DNA of 64,000 nt. It comes from Alphaproteobacteria bacterium. Lineage in GTDB: Bacteria > Pseudomonadota > Alphaproteobacteria > SP197. This document shows, one piece after another, positions 44,078 to 54,900 of the stretch. Both the position numbers and the translations under genes were made by a program. Below the pieces are notes generated by a model, which was not told the origin of the DNA, made no database searches, and worked only from the letters and a program-made list of their open reading frames with translations. The stretch covers positions 2,464,001-2,528,000 of the forward strand of contig OZ219747.1 in NCBI GenBank assembly GCA_964291265.2, written 5' to 3'. The first letter of the stretch is position 1. Every line of letters begins with the position of its first letter.

Positions 44078-46794
44078 TGCATCGTCGCCCGTGCCGTCTC
44101 GCCCGCTTCTATGGCACGGAACAGGTGAGTCCGCAGATTCCCGAGCCCTGCCTCGGAAGTGATCTTGCCGCCACTAGCGTCACACAGATAGAAGGCGTCG
44201 ACCGCCCGCTCTCCGAACGTGGCGACGCGTGCGGTGACAATCGACAGGTGGAGTTCGGCCACGGCTCGGGCGAGATCCGAGAGCAGACCCCGCCTGTCGC
44301 GCGCCGTGATCTCGACAAGCGTGTGGCGGGTCGAGACCCCGTTGTCCACCAGCACACGCGGCAGGACTGCAAGAACCGGACCGTTGTGCCAGCCCTTCCG
44401 GCGGCGGTTGACTTCGTCCGCGAGATCGAGGTCCCCGGCGAGCGTGCGCCGGATGATGCCACGCAGACGGTCCAGGCGTCTCCTGTCCCTGAATGCCGAC
44501 TGGTGTTCGTCCTGCACCCGGAAGGCATCGAGCGCCATGCCGTCGAGGGTCGTGAAAATCCGCGCATCGACGATGCTGGCGCCGGCTACCGCAATGGCGC
44601 CGGCGATCTCGGCGAACAGCCCGGGGCGGTCCGGTGCGAAGACGGTCACCTCCGTGATGTCCCGGGCATCGTCAATCTCGGTCGCCACCGTCACTTCGCC
44701 GTTGGGACCGGGTCGCATCAGCTCGGCATGTCGTACGTGGGCGGCGCTGTCGAAGGCAAGCCAGTAGGGTGTGACGAGGCGGGCGACATGGTTGTCGATC
44801 ATGGCGGATGGCCAGTCCTCCAGTGTTTCCCTGAGACGGTGCATGCGGGCCTCAACCCGCGCCTGTTTGGCGATCGCGGCGCCATGACCGCCGGAGATCA
44901 CCTCCTCCGCCCGGTAGTAGAGTTCCCTCAGGAGATCACCCTTCCAGTTGTTCCACACCCGTGGTCCTACGGCGCGGATATCGGCGACCGTCAGGACGAG
45001 CAACAGCCGCAGGCGCTCGATCGACTGGACGATCCGGGCGAAGCCGTCAATCGTGCGTGGCTCTTCAAGATCACGACGAAAGGCCGTGTTGGACATGATC
45101 AGGTGATGGCGTACCAGCCAGGATACGGTCTCGGTCTCCTCCGCGGTGAAACCGAGGCGCGGCGCCAGGTGGCTGGCAACCCCGGCGCCAAGTACGGAGT
45201 GATCCCCGCCGCGCCCCTTCGCGATGTCGTGGAGGAGAACGGCAAGGTAGAGAACGCGACGCTGCAGGATCAGCGGAAACACCTCGGTGGCCAGGGGCAG
45301 TTCGTCGGCGATGTCGCCACGCTCAATGGCGGCGAGGATCCCGATGGCCCTGATGGAGTGCTCATCGACGGTGTAGACGTGGTACATGTCGTGTTGCATC
45401 TGGGCGACGACACGTCCGAAATCCGGCAGGAACCGGCCCATCACACCGGCTTCGTTCATGCCATGGAGTGTTCCAAGGGGATCATCCCTGGCGGTCAGGA
45501 TGTCCATGAACTGGCTGTTGGCACGGGCGTCATGACGCAGCCTGTCGTCGATCCTCGCGAGGCTCTGGTTCATCAGCCACATGGCCCGGGGATGGATGTT
45601 GACGCGCCGCTCCTGGGAGACGTGGAACATGCGCACGAGATCGCCGGGCGACTCCTCGAAATGCCGGCGGTTTCGGATCGAGATCATGCCGCCGGAGACG
45701 GGAAAGCCGTCGATTTCCGCGGCATCCGTCACGTACCTGGAGCGCGGACGGCCGCCATGTTGTTCGGCGATGACGGCAGCGAAGATGCGGGACAGTCCGC
45801 CGACCTCCCGGGTGGCGAGGAAATAGCGTTTCATGAAGCGTTCGACAGCCCGCTGGTTTCGCGTATCGGAAAAGCCCATGCGGAGTGCGATGTCCGTTTG
45901 CAGATCGAACGTCAACCGCTCCTCGGCCCGGCCCGACAGGAAGTGGAGGTGGCACCGGACCCGGTTGAGAAAATCCGCCGCCCGGCGGAACCTCGAGAGT
46001 TCGGCGCGACTCAGAACCCCGCGCGACACCAGATCCTCGATGTGAGCAGTCGGGTAGAGATACCTGGCGATCCACACGAGGACATGGAGGTCTCTCAGTC
46101 CTCCCTTTCCTTCCTTGACATCGGGTTCCAGGACATGGCGTGAATCGCCCGTCTTGAGATGCCGCCGGTCACGTTCCTCGAGCTTGGCACGCACGAACGC
46201 CGTGTCGCTGCCGGCCACCACCCGCCGCTGGAAGCGGTTGCGGAACGTCCGGAACAGGCTTCGATCGCCGGCAAGCAGACGGGCCTCCAGGACCGCGGTA
46301 CGGATCGTCATGTCGCTGCGGGCACTGTCGATGGCCTCGTCAAGAGTGCGTGTGGCGTGACCGACCTTGAGACCGAGATCCCACAGACAATAGAGTACGC
46401 GGCTGATCACCGCTTCCTGACGGGCTGTCGCCGGCCCGGCGAGCAGGAAGAGGAGATCGAGATCGGAGTGTGGTGCGAGTTCGCCTCGTCCATAACCGCC
46501 GACCGCGACGAGGGCCATGCGGGCCTGATCATCGCCGCCGCTTTCTCCTTGCCGGACACGGGCAAACAGTTCCTTCAGCACCGTGTCGACAAGCCGGCTC
46601 ATCGAGGTGACAAGCGCGGTCCCCGATGCACCTCTGTCGAGGTGGCGGCGTAGCCGCGCCAGGCCTTCATCGAGCGTGCAGCGCAGCACGCCTTCGAGAC
46701 CTTCATTCGAGTTCGGCAGGGCGGCGAGTGTCCGGCGCAGGTGCCGCCGGTTCACGAGGCTGCCAGGTACGGGCCTTCCCCGGGGATCAGTCAC
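44074..46794 (-). CDS. glnD: [Protein-PII] uridylyltransferase
   Basis: AVGGYGRGELAPHSDLDL, KEGKGGLRDL, YHVYTVDEH, LLHDIAKG, two ACT domains. Confidence 0.97.
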   Translation of the reverse strand: MTDPRGRPVPGSLVNRRHLRRTLAALPNSNEGLEGVLRCTLDEGLARLRRHLDRGASGTALVTSMSRLVDTVLKELFARVRQGESGGDDQARMALVAVGGYGRGELAPHSDLDLLFLLAGPATARQEAVISRVLYCLWDLGLKVGHATRTLDEAIDSARSDMTIRTAVLEARLLAGDRSLFRTFRNRFQRRVVAGSDTAFVRAKLEERDRRHLKTGDSRHVLEPDVKEGKGGLRDLHVLVWIARYLYPTAHIEDLVSRGVLSRAELSRFRRAADFLNRVRCHLHFLSGRAEERLTFDLQTDIALRMGFSDTRNQRAVERFMKRYFLATREVGGLSRIFAAVIAEQHGGRPRSRYVTDAAEIDGFPVSGGMISIRNRRHFEESPGDLVRMFHVSQERRVNIHPRAMWLMNQSLARIDDRLRHDARANSQFMDILTARDDPLGTLHGMNEAGVMGRFLPDFGRVVAQMQHDMYHVYTVDEHSIRAIGILAAIERGDIADELPLATEVFPLILQRRVLYLAVLLHDIAKGRGGDHSVLGAGVASHLAPRLGFTAEETETVSWLVRHHLIMSNTAFRRDLEEPRTIDGFARIVQSIERLRLLLVLTVADIRAVGPRVWNNWKGDLLRELYYRAEEVISGGHGAAIAKQARVEARMHRLRETLEDWPSAMIDNHVARLVTPYWLAFDSAAHVRHAELMRPGPNGEVTVATEIDDARDITEVTVFAPDRPGLFAEIAGAIAVAGASIVDARIFTTLDGMALDAFRVQDEHQSAFRDRRRLDRLRGIIRRTLAGDLDLADEVNRRRKGWHNGPVLAVLPRVLVDNGVSTRHTLVEITARDRRGLLSDLARAVAELHLSIVTARVATFGERAVDAFYLCDASGGKITSEAGLGNLRTHLFRAIEAGETARATMH

Positions 46795-49453
46795 CCTCCT
46801 CCTCCGCCAGATCCTTCAGCCGGTAGACCAGGTCGAGCGCCTGGCGCGGCGAGAGCTGGTCGGGCATGACATCATCGACAGCCTGTCTGACGGCGGAGAC
46901 CGGCGCAACATCCCGTGTGTGCCTCTGCGCCACCTCGAAGAGGGGAAGATCATCGGCAAGCCGCGTCAGGGCGTTTGCGCCATCACCGGTTTCGATGGTC
47001 TCGAGCACGTCCTTCGCTCGTTCGATGACCGGCTGTGGAAGGCCGGCAAGGCGTGCGACATGGATGCCGTAGCTCCGGTTCGCCGCACCGCGCTCCACCT
47101 CGTAGAGAAACACGATGTCGTTCTTCCATTCCTTGACCCGCATGGAGTGCGGTCTCAGTTCAGCCAATGTTGCCGCAAGGGATGCCAGTTCGTGGTAGTG
47201 CGTGGCAAACAGCGCCCGGCACCGGTTCACATCGTGAAGGTGCTCGAGGACTGCCCAGGCGATGGAAAGGCCGTCGAAGGTTGCTGTTCCGCGGCCGATT
47301 TCGTCGAGTATGACGAGGGAGCGTTCTCCAGCCTGGTTGAGGATGGCCGCAGTTTCGACCATCTCCACCATGAAAGTCGATCGTCCCCGCGCAAGATCGT
47401 CCGCAGCGCCGACGCGGCTGAACAGCCGGTCCACGATACCAAGCCTGGCGGCGTTCGCCGGCACGTAACTCCCGGCCTGCGCCATGACGACGATCAGGGC
47501 ATTCTGGCGCAGGAACGTCGACTTTCCGGCCATGTTGGGACCGGTGAGCAACCACAGGCGGGCGTCGTCCTCGAGAACGCAGCCATTGGCGACAAACTCC
47601 ATCGATTCGCTGGCCAGGACTTCGACTACGGGGTGACGTCCGCCCTCGATTGCGAAGTCGAGGCCCGCTGTCACCGTCGGACGGATGTAGCGGCGTTCAA
47701 CGGCAAGCTCCGCGAGCGCCGCAGCCACGTCAATGACGGCAATCGCCCCGGCGGCAGCGGCTATGGCGGGCGCCTCTGCGAGCACATCGGCCGTGGCCTT
47801 GTGAAAGGCGTCGAGTTCGAGGGCGATGGCGCGGTCGGCGGCACGGGACATCTCCGTCTCGAGGTCGCCCAGCTCGACAGTCGTGAAGCGCATGGCATTC
47901 GCCATGGTCTGACGATGGATGAACGTTGCCTCATCAAGATCCGCCGCATGGTTGCGGTTGACCTCGACGTAGTATCCCAGGACATTGTTGTGGCGAATCC
48001 TGAGGGATGTGACGCCGGTCGCCTTCTGGTAGGCCCCCTGGAGTCCAGCCACAAGCTGCCGGCTGTTGTCGCGCAGCTCCCTCGCCTGGTCGAGGTCCTG
48101 GCTGTAGCCGGCGCGCACGAAACCGCCATCCCGGGCAAGTGGCGGCGGATTGTCGACGAGGAGGCAGGCAAGGTCACCGGCGAGTGGAGGGATGGCCTGA
48201 ATGGCGCTCCCCGCTTCGGCGAGTTCCCCTGGCAGATCATCATGGCTCTGCAGTCTGCCAGCCAGACGGCCGGCTGCCGTGAGGCCGTCACGTATGGCTG
48301 CAAGGTCGCGTGGGCCGCCTCGCGAAAGTGCGAGGCGTGCCAGGGCCCTTTCGAGATCGGGTGTCTGCGCGAGGGTGGCTCTGACATCGCCACGCAGATC
48401 CGGATACGCGGCGAGTATCTGGACAGCGTCCTGGCGCCTGGCGATGGCGTCGGTGTCGGTCAGAGGCGCGGTCAGTCTCTGTTCGAGCAGGCGGGCGCCA
48501 GCGCCCGTCACGGTGCGGTCCATGATGCCCAGGAGGCTTCCCCGGCGATGGCCGTCAAGTGTGCGCATGAGCTCGAGATTGCGCCGCGTGGCCTGGTCGA
48601 TCAGCATCGACTGTCCTGCCACCTGGCGCAGCGGTGGCGAAAGTCGGGGGAAGCGGCCTTTCTGGGTCAGTTCGACATAGCCCAGAAGTCCGCCCATGGC
48701 CGCCAGTTCGGCCCGCGTGAAGGAACCGAAACCGTCCAGTGAGGCGACTGCGTAGAGCTCGCGCAGACGCCGTTCTCCGGTACGGCTGTCGAACCTGCTG
48801 TCGGGCTCCCTGACCAGTCGCTCGCTCCACGGCGCCAGCACATCCTGGAACGCGACATCATTGCCGATCCGTTCCGCCACCACGAGTTCGGCCGGTGCGA
48901 CACGTTCCAGGAGAGCGTTGATGTCGGCTGTTGCGATACTTGTGACAGTGAAACTGCCTGTCGACATCTCGATCCAGGCAACCGCGGTGGTGGAGCCAGC
49001 CTGAGCCAGCGCCGCCAGGTGATTGGTGGAACGGGCATCGAGAAGCGTGTCCTCGACGAGCGTTCCGGGTGTGACGATGCGGATGACATCCCGCCTCACG
49101 ATGGCACTGCTGCCGCGCTTTCGTGCTTCGGCGGGATCCTCGACCTGCTCGCAGACCGCTACCCGGTAGCCCTTGTGAATGAGCCGATCGAGATAGCTGT
49201 CGGCGGAGACCACCGGCACACCGCACATCGGAACATCCTTGCCCTGGTGCTGTCCGCGCGTGGTCAGCGCGATGTCGAGCGCACCGGCTGCGGCGACGGC
49301 ATCGTCGAAGAAGAGTTCGTAGAAATCCCCCATGCGGAAAAGCAGGAGCGCCTCCCGGTGCTCTCCCTTGATCCGCCAGTACTGCTCCATCATCGGCGTG
49401 ACACGACCGCCGCGCTTCGATGCGGACACCGATGGCTCCTTTCTCCCTGTCAT
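46787..49453 (-). CDS. mutS: DNA mismatch repair protein MutS
   Basis: TPMMEQY, FRMGDFYELF, TGPNMAGKSTFLRQ, STFMVEM, DEIGRGT. Confidence 0.98.
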   Translation of the reverse strand: MTGRKEPSVSASKRGGRVTPMMEQYWRIKGEHREALLLFRMGDFYELFFDDAVAAAGALDIALTTRGQHQGKDVPMCGVPVVSADSYLDRLIHKGYRVAVCEQVEDPAEARKRGSSAIVRRDVIRIVTPGTLVEDTLLDARSTNHLAALAQAGSTTAVAWIEMSTGSFTVTSIATADINALLERVAPAELVVAERIGNDVAFQDVLAPWSERLVREPDSRFDSRTGERRLRELYAVASLDGFGSFTRAELAAMGGLLGYVELTQKGRFPRLSPPLRQVAGQSMLIDQATRRNLELMRTLDGHRRGSLLGIMDRTVTGAGARLLEQRLTAPLTDTDAIARRQDAVQILAAYPDLRGDVRATLAQTPDLERALARLALSRGGPRDLAAIRDGLTAAGRLAGRLQSHDDLPGELAEAGSAIQAIPPLAGDLACLLVDNPPPLARDGGFVRAGYSQDLDQARELRDNSRQLVAGLQGAYQKATGVTSLRIRHNNVLGYYVEVNRNHAADLDEATFIHRQTMANAMRFTTVELGDLETEMSRAADRAIALELDAFHKATADVLAEAPAIAAAAGAIAVIDVAAALAELAVERRYIRPTVTAGLDFAIEGGRHPVVEVLASESMEFVANGCVLEDDARLWLLTGPNMAGKSTFLRQNALIVVMAQAGSYVPANAARLGIVDRLFSRVGAADDLARGRSTFMVEMVETAAILNQAGERSLVILDEIGRGTATFDGLSIAWAVLEHLHDVNRCRALFATHYHELASLAATLAELRPHSMRVKEWKNDIVFLYEVERGAANRSYGIHVARLAGLPQPVIERAKDVLETIETGDGANALTRLADDLPLFEVAQRHTRDVAPVSAVRQAVDDVMPDQLSPRQALDLVYRLKDLAEEEGD

Positions 49454-49490
49454 CGGACCGCCGCCTTCTGCGTTGCTGCGGGCCGGGTCA

Positions 49491-50336
49491 TCACCCGGTG
49501 GCCGTGCGTTTCGCGTGTTCCCTTGCCAAGGCACACCAGGAAGCGATGTCGACGTCCTCGGCCCGTGCCCGGGGGTCCACACCGGCGGAAACAAGCAGAT
49601 CCTGCGGATCTCCAGAAACGGCGGCAAGAGCGTTGCGCAACACCTTGCGCCGCTGTCCGAAGCCTGCTTGCGTCAGTGTGCGCAGGACTGATTCGAGGGC
49701 TGGTGAAAGAGGCGCTTCTCGTGGTGTGATGCGGACCACGGCCGCATGCACCTTCGGTGCTGGAACGAAGGAGGCGGAGGCAATGTCGAAACACCGTTCG
49801 ACCCGGCACAAACGCTGCATGAGGACACTCAGCCTGCCGTACTGACGGGATCCAGGCACTGCGACAAGCCGCTCGGCCACCTCCTTCTGGAACATCAGGA
49901 TCATGCGATCGATGAGGTGGCGATGCTCGATGAGACGCATGGCAAGCCGCGTCGAACTGTTGAACGGGAGATTGCCCATGACCACGACCCCCGACTCCAG
50001 GACCTCGTGAAGGTCGCACTCCAGGGCATCGCCTTCGACAATGGTGAGTCTGCCCGCAGCGGCGTCACGAAGACCAAAGAGGGCAGCGCAGCATCGCGGG
50101 TCCATCTCGATGGCACGGATCCGGCGTGCCCCGGCTCTCAGCACGGCCCGCGTCAGGCCGCCTGGACCAGGGCCGATCTCGACGACGACGGCTCCCTCAA
50201 GGCAGCCGGCGCTGCGGGCGATGCGGTCGAGCACGTTTTCATCAAACAGGAAATTCTGTCCCAGCGACTTGCGCGCCCTGAGAGAGAATGCATCCGCGAC
50301 ATCCCTCAGACAGGGAAGGTCGTCGAGTGGGTTCAA
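49491..50336 (-). CDS. rsmA: 16S rRNA m6,2A dimethyltransferase
   Basis: KSLGQNFLFD, EIGPGPGGLT, GNLPFN, FVPAPKV, FGQRRK; TTG start overlapping the surA stop. Confidence 0.95.
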   Translation of the reverse strand: MNPLDDLPCLRDVADAFSLRARKSLGQNFLFDENVLDRIARSAGCLEGAVVVEIGPGPGGLTRAVLRAGARRIRAIEMDPRCCAALFGLRDAAAGRLTIVEGDALECDLHEVLESGVVVMGNLPFNSSTRLAMRLIEHRHLIDRMILMFQKEVAERLVAVPGSRQYGRLSVLMQRLCRVERCFDIASASFVPAPKVHAAVVRITPREAPLSPALESVLRTLTQAGFGQRRKVLRNALAAVSGDPQDLLVSAGVDPRARAEDVDIASWCALAREHAKRTATG

Positions 50337-51604
50337 CGTGCTTCCTGGATGCGGATGTCGACGAACGCCTGGCGTCTGAGGTCGCGAAGATAGCTTCTCG
50401 CAATGGTGTCGTGCTGGCGTGCCTCCAGCGCGTTGCGGGCATCGCTGCGTGCCGGCAGGCCGTGTTCGACCCGTTCGCACAGCATCGTCACGCGCACTTC
50501 GCCAACGCTGACAACCGGAATGCCGGTCGTTCCCGGTTCCAGGCCTTCCACCTGGCGGCGCACGTCGTCGTGGAGGTCGGTCAGCCTTGCCGTCACGGGG
50601 TCGCTCACCTCCGGACCGCCGTCGGCTGCAGCGAGAGAGTCGAGGTCCTCGCACGAAGAGAGCAGGGAGACGGTGTCCGATACCCTCTGCACGGCATCCG
50701 TGGCGCCGTCGTCCACCGCGAAGACCGCCTGACGGATGGTGACCTCGATGTCTGCGTCACTGGTCTGATAGCCCGGACGGATCTCGCGCATCAGGATCAG
50801 GGTGTAGCCCCCGAGAGTGCGGATCGGTGGCGACAGGCGGCCGACAGGCAGTCTGGGAACAACCGCGGCGAGTTCCTCGGAGAGCTGGCTGTGACCGATC
50901 CAGCCGAGATCACCGCCATTTCTGGAACTGGCGCTCTGTGAGAACTGCTGGGCAAGAATGCCGAATCGGCCTCCTGAACGCAGGGCATCGGAGAGCCGCT
51001 CGATGTCCTCCCTCACGCGTGCTTCTTCCTCCGGGCTGTTCACGGAAAGGACAATCTCGGCGAGCAGGTAGTGGGGTTCGTGCGCGGCAGCGATCATGCG
51101 CTGGTACTCCTCCTCCACCTCCGCCTCGAAGACAGGCCGCTGACGCTGCCGGGCCCGGACGAGCTCACCCCAGACAACCTCAGCGGTCAGCTGATCGTCG
51201 AGGGAATTCAGGCTCAGGCTGCGCTCTTCCATGAAAGCGACGAGTTCTCCCGGACCAAGGCCAAGGCTGCGCTCGACGAAGCCGTAGGTCTCGTTGCGTT
51301 CGATGCGAAACGTGCCGAATCCCTGCCGGTCCCCTTCCTGCAGCTGCAGCTTTTCGTTGATCAGCATCGAGGTGACCTGCGGCAGGAGTTGCCGGCGACT
51401 CTCGGGTGTTTCGTCAATTCCCGACAGGGCGAGAACCAGGGACAGGCGCGCGTCCAGGTCCATTTCCGTGATCGCCTCGTCGTTGACGACCACGGCAATG
51501 CCAAGTGAGTCCTGGGTCCAGCCGGGCGCCGGGAGAGATGCCAGGACAAGGGCAAGAATCACCCGGACAGGCCGGAACCATGGCAGACGTCGGTTCATTG
51601 ACAT
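50333..51604 (-). CDS. surA: SurA-like peptidyl-prolyl isomerase/chaperone
   Basis: IAVVVNDEAIT, AQQFSQS..GGDLGW, YLRDLRRQAFVDIR; follows lptD. Confidence 0.9.
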   Translation of the reverse strand: MSMNRRLPWFRPVRVILALVLASLPAPGWTQDSLGIAVVVNDEAITEMDLDARLSLVLALSGIDETPESRRQLLPQVTSMLINEKLQLQEGDRQGFGTFRIERNETYGFVERSLGLGPGELVAFMEERSLSLNSLDDQLTAEVVWGELVRARQRQRPVFEAEVEEEYQRMIAAAHEPHYLLAEIVLSVNSPEEEARVREDIERLSDALRSGGRFGILAQQFSQSASSRNGGDLGWIGHSQLSEELAAVVPRLPVGRLSPPIRTLGGYTLILMREIRPGYQTSDADIEVTIRQAVFAVDDGATDAVQRVSDTVSLLSSCEDLDSLAAADGGPEVSDPVTARLTDLHDDVRRQVEGLEPGTTGIPVVSVGEVRVTMLCERVEHGLPARSDARNALEARQHDTIARSYLRDLRRQAFVDIRIQEAR

Positions 51605-51668
51605 GCACTCTCCAGACAACCGCCAAGGTGCTGGAATCGAACGGGTGAATCAAGGAGACAGCGGGATT

Positions 51669-53801
51669 TCAACTCAGCGTCGCGAGCCGGATCCTGAAGA
51701 CGACCACGGTTTCCGGGTCGTCGTCCACGGTTCGGGTGAACCGCCTTTCTCCGCTCAGGCTCAGCTCCACGCATTCGTCCCGGTAGGCAAGGGTGCTGCC
51801 GTAGACGATGGAGTTGCCCTTGTCCACGTCGCCGCGCCAGTTTCCCTTGAGGGTCCAGTTGTCGATCAGCCTGAACATGGCGCTGCTGCTGATCTGTGCG
51901 CGTTCCGTGAGAGGGTAGATGACGGGGTCGGTTTCCTCGTCGAGCCTGACGAAGCTGACTTCGAGATTCGCGTCGTCGGTGCCGACATTCACGCCGAGTT
52001 CCGAGCGGTAGAGGGATTCGAATTCGTCAGACACGCGGAACCGGTAGAGCATGTCGAAGTAGGGAAAGGGGTTGATCTGCAGGCGCCCGACATAGTCGGA
52101 AAAGTGTCCAGAGAGACCCTGGCTCTCGTCAAAGGTGCTGTCGTCGCGTGCTCGCCACACCTGACCGAGGAAAAGCTCGTAGCGGCCGGAATCATGGCCG
52201 TACTGACCGAGACGCAGGCCATAGTTGATCCGCAGGCCACCCTCGACCCTGTCGAGACCGGGGAACCGGTTGGTCGAGAAGAGGTTGACGTCGTCGAATT
52301 CGAAGTCCAGCCCGTCCTCGTTGGGAATCGTCCGGGGATTGCCGCCGTTGGGGCTCCACACGGCCATCGCCATCGGTTCGAGGAACTGGTGGGAGGGGCC
52401 GCTCATCCGGGCGAAGGGGTAGCGCCACTCGACGAGGGCTTCGGGAATGAACCGGTTGGCAAATCCGGATGTCCTGCGATCATCCAGGGGAACATCGGAG
52501 GCATGGTAGGCGTCGCCGCGCATCGACAGCCGCGTCCTGACGTGCTGGCCGTCTGCCGTCAGGAACGGAGCCTGCCAGGCGAAACCGGTGGAGAACCGGC
52601 GGCTGTCGGTGCCGTCGCCTCGTGTCAGAACGAGAAGGCTGGCATCGACGCTGGCAGACGATCCGGTCTTCGACGGAGGCGTGATGTAGCTGTATGTGAT
52701 GAGCGGAGCGACAAGGGGAATCTGGCCAGGGTCGTCATTCGGTCTCAGTCCCTGGTAGAGGTATCCGGAGGCACCGGAATAGGAGCGATCGTCGAAGTGC
52801 TCGACAAAGACATCCGAGACGAGCGTGTCGAGATCCGTGATACCGAATCGCGACAGGTAGGAGTCGTCGGATGAGCGGTGTACGTCGGCGCCGATGTGCG
52901 TGCTGGAATCGGCCATCCAGATGCCGTTGGCCTTGAGATGCCAGCGGGTATCGCGCCCCCCCTTGAGGTGGCCGCCGTTGTGGCGGGCCTTGGCGCGGAC
53001 GACGGAGCCTTCCACCAGAACGTCACCGGTCGCCAGGAACTCCCGATACTCGGCGGAAAGAACGGGACCTTCCTCGCGGGTGATGATGGGCGTCACCGTG
53101 AGGTCGCTCTCAGGCGAAAGTTCGAAGTAGTAGGGAACACTCGCGTAGGCGCCGAGCGTGCTGCTGCTTCCGTAGTCCGGCACCAGGAATCCGGTGCGCC
53201 GGTTCACGGTCGGGTCCGGATGACTGAGGAAGGGCGAATACGCGACCGGGACTCCGAAGACTTCGAGGGTCACGTTCCGGTATGTGATGTCGCTCGTCTC
53301 CTCGTCATGGGTCACGCTCTTGGCCTTCAATTGCCAGAGCGGCAGACCGTCGGGATCGTCCGGGCACAGTTCGCACGGACTGTAGACGGCACGCTCCATG
53401 ACCGTGATACGGCCATCGCTGCGCTCGGCTCTGGATGCAGCCAGTCTGGCGCCGTTGCCGAGCAGCAGCCGGATGCCTTCGATGACGCCTTCACGCAGGT
53501 CTCCGGTCACTTCCATATGGTCGGAATGAAGTGTCTGTCCCCGGCTGTCGACAACGACGACGCTGCCGGATGCCGTGACGCGATTGCCGGGCCGGTCGTA
53601 GACGAGTCTGTCGGCCTCCAGGACATAGCCTTCGGTGGTCAGGGTGACGGCGCCCAGGGCCGTGGTCACTCCGGTCTGGCTGTCGTGTGTGATCTCGTTG
53701 GCCTGCAGGGCAGCCGGGTCGGCATCGTGACCGTCCGCTGCCACCGGGCTGGCGAGGAACGCAAACACGAAAGCGGCCACCAGGCCGGTCGACCGGACCA
53801 T
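51669..53801 (-). CDS. lptD: LPS assembly protein LptD
   Basis: YSPCELC, RRTGFLVP, PNEDGLDFEFDDVNLFSTNRFPGLDRVEGG. Confidence 0.93.
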   Translation of the reverse strand: MVRSTGLVAAFVFAFLASPVAADGHDADPAALQANEITHDSQTGVTTALGAVTLTTEGYVLEADRLVYDRPGNRVTASGSVVVVDSRGQTLHSDHMEVTGDLREGVIEGIRLLLGNGARLAASRAERSDGRITVMERAVYSPCELCPDDPDGLPLWQLKAKSVTHDEETSDITYRNVTLEVFGVPVAYSPFLSHPDPTVNRRTGFLVPDYGSSSTLGAYASVPYYFELSPESDLTVTPIITREEGPVLSAEYREFLATGDVLVEGSVVRAKARHNGGHLKGGRDTRWHLKANGIWMADSSTHIGADVHRSSDDSYLSRFGITDLDTLVSDVFVEHFDDRSYSGASGYLYQGLRPNDDPGQIPLVAPLITYSYITPPSKTGSSASVDASLLVLTRGDGTDSRRFSTGFAWQAPFLTADGQHVRTRLSMRGDAYHASDVPLDDRRTSGFANRFIPEALVEWRYPFARMSGPSHQFLEPMAMAVWSPNGGNPRTIPNEDGLDFEFDDVNLFSTNRFPGLDRVEGGLRINYGLRLGQYGHDSGRYELFLGQVWRARDDSTFDESQGLSGHFSDYVGRLQINPFPYFDMLYRFRVSDEFESLYRSELGVNVGTDDANLEVSFVRLDEETDPVIYPLTERAQISSSAMFRLIDNWTLKGNWRGDVDKGNSIVYGSTLAYRDECVELSLSGERRFTRTVDDDPETVVVFRIRLATLS

Positions 53802-54896
53802 CTATCCGTCTTCCGTATGGAGAAGCATGGTGCTCCCGATCGAAGTGACAATGGCGACAGGCCCCCACACGGCGAGCAGGACCGGGAGATTGCCAGACAT
53901 CCCATAGGCGGCGAAGATATCCGATACCACGTAGACGACAAACCCGAATCCCAGTCCAGAAACGACGAAGAGACTGACATTGCCCTGACGCGTCAAGCGC
54001 AGCGAGAATGCGGCCGCCACCAGCACCATCGAAGCCAGGAACAGCGGCATGGCGAGCACGGCATGCCAGTGAATGCGGTGCTGCAGAGCAGAAAAGCCGG
54101 CACTTTCCATGACCTCGATGAAGCCGGGAAGATCCCAGAACGAGATGGTCTCGGGCGATGCGAAGGCTGCCTGCAGCCGATCGAGGGACAATTCTGTTGG
54201 CACCTCGATTGCGCTGACGCTCGCAGTGCGCTCATCGGGACGGCTGATCAGAACCTCCTCCATCTCCCAGTGATGGTCACCGAGGGTGGCCCGCTTCGCA
54301 TCGTAGCGCTCCATGAACCGGTCGTTCTCGCCGAACACAAGGATGATGACGTCCTCGAGTTCGGTGCCGCTGGCCGATATCTTGTGAGCGTGAATCACCG
54401 ACTGGCGCGTGCCGTCGCCTTCCCTGATCCACATGTTGCCGGGCGCGACTGCGAGAATGTTGGCCTGGCTTCTGACATTGCGGTTCTCGAGCTGTTCGAA
54501 GCGGGAGATCAGGGCCGACGCGACAGGGTTGAACACTGTGATGGTGACAATGCCGAGGGCGATCGTGATGGCGAGTGCCGGCAACAGGAACTGCCACACC
54601 GACACACCCGTGGCCCGCATGACAACCAGTTCGTGGGTCCTGGTGAGCCAGACATAGGTCAGCAAGGTGCCGAACAGGACGGCGAACGGGAGGATCTTCA
54701 CCACGAAGTAGGGGATGCGCAGCAATGCCATCTCCAGCACCAGGGCGAGATCTGCGTTGTCCCGCGAGGCAGCCCGACCACCCAGATTCACGATGTCGAC
54801 GAGAAAGGTGACGGCCACCATGATGACGAGAACCAGCATGACCGACATGAAGAATCGCCGGGCAATGTACTTCGACAGGACGAGCGAGAGATGCAT
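53802..54896 (-). CDS. lptG: LPS export permease LptG
   Basis: ELVVMRATGVSVWQFLLP, SFWDLPGFI, LLHTEDG end. Confidence 0.93.
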   Translation of the reverse strand: MHLSLVLSKYIARRFFMSVMLVLVIMVAVTFLVDIVNLGGRAASRDNADLALVLEMALLRIPYFVVKILPFAVLFGTLLTYVWLTRTHELVVMRATGVSVWQFLLPALAITIALGIVTITVFNPVASALISRFEQLENRNVRSQANILAVAPGNMWIREGDGTRQSVIHAHKISASGTELEDVIILVFGENDRFMERYDAKRATLGDHHWEMEEVLISRPDERTASVSAIEVPTELSLDRLQAAFASPETISFWDLPGFIEVMESAGFSALQHRIHWHAVLAMPLFLASMVLVAAAFSLRLTRQGNVSLFVVSGLGFGFVVYVVSDIFAAYGMSGNLPVLLAVWGPVAIVTSIGSTMLLHTEDG

Positions 54897-54900
54897 GACG

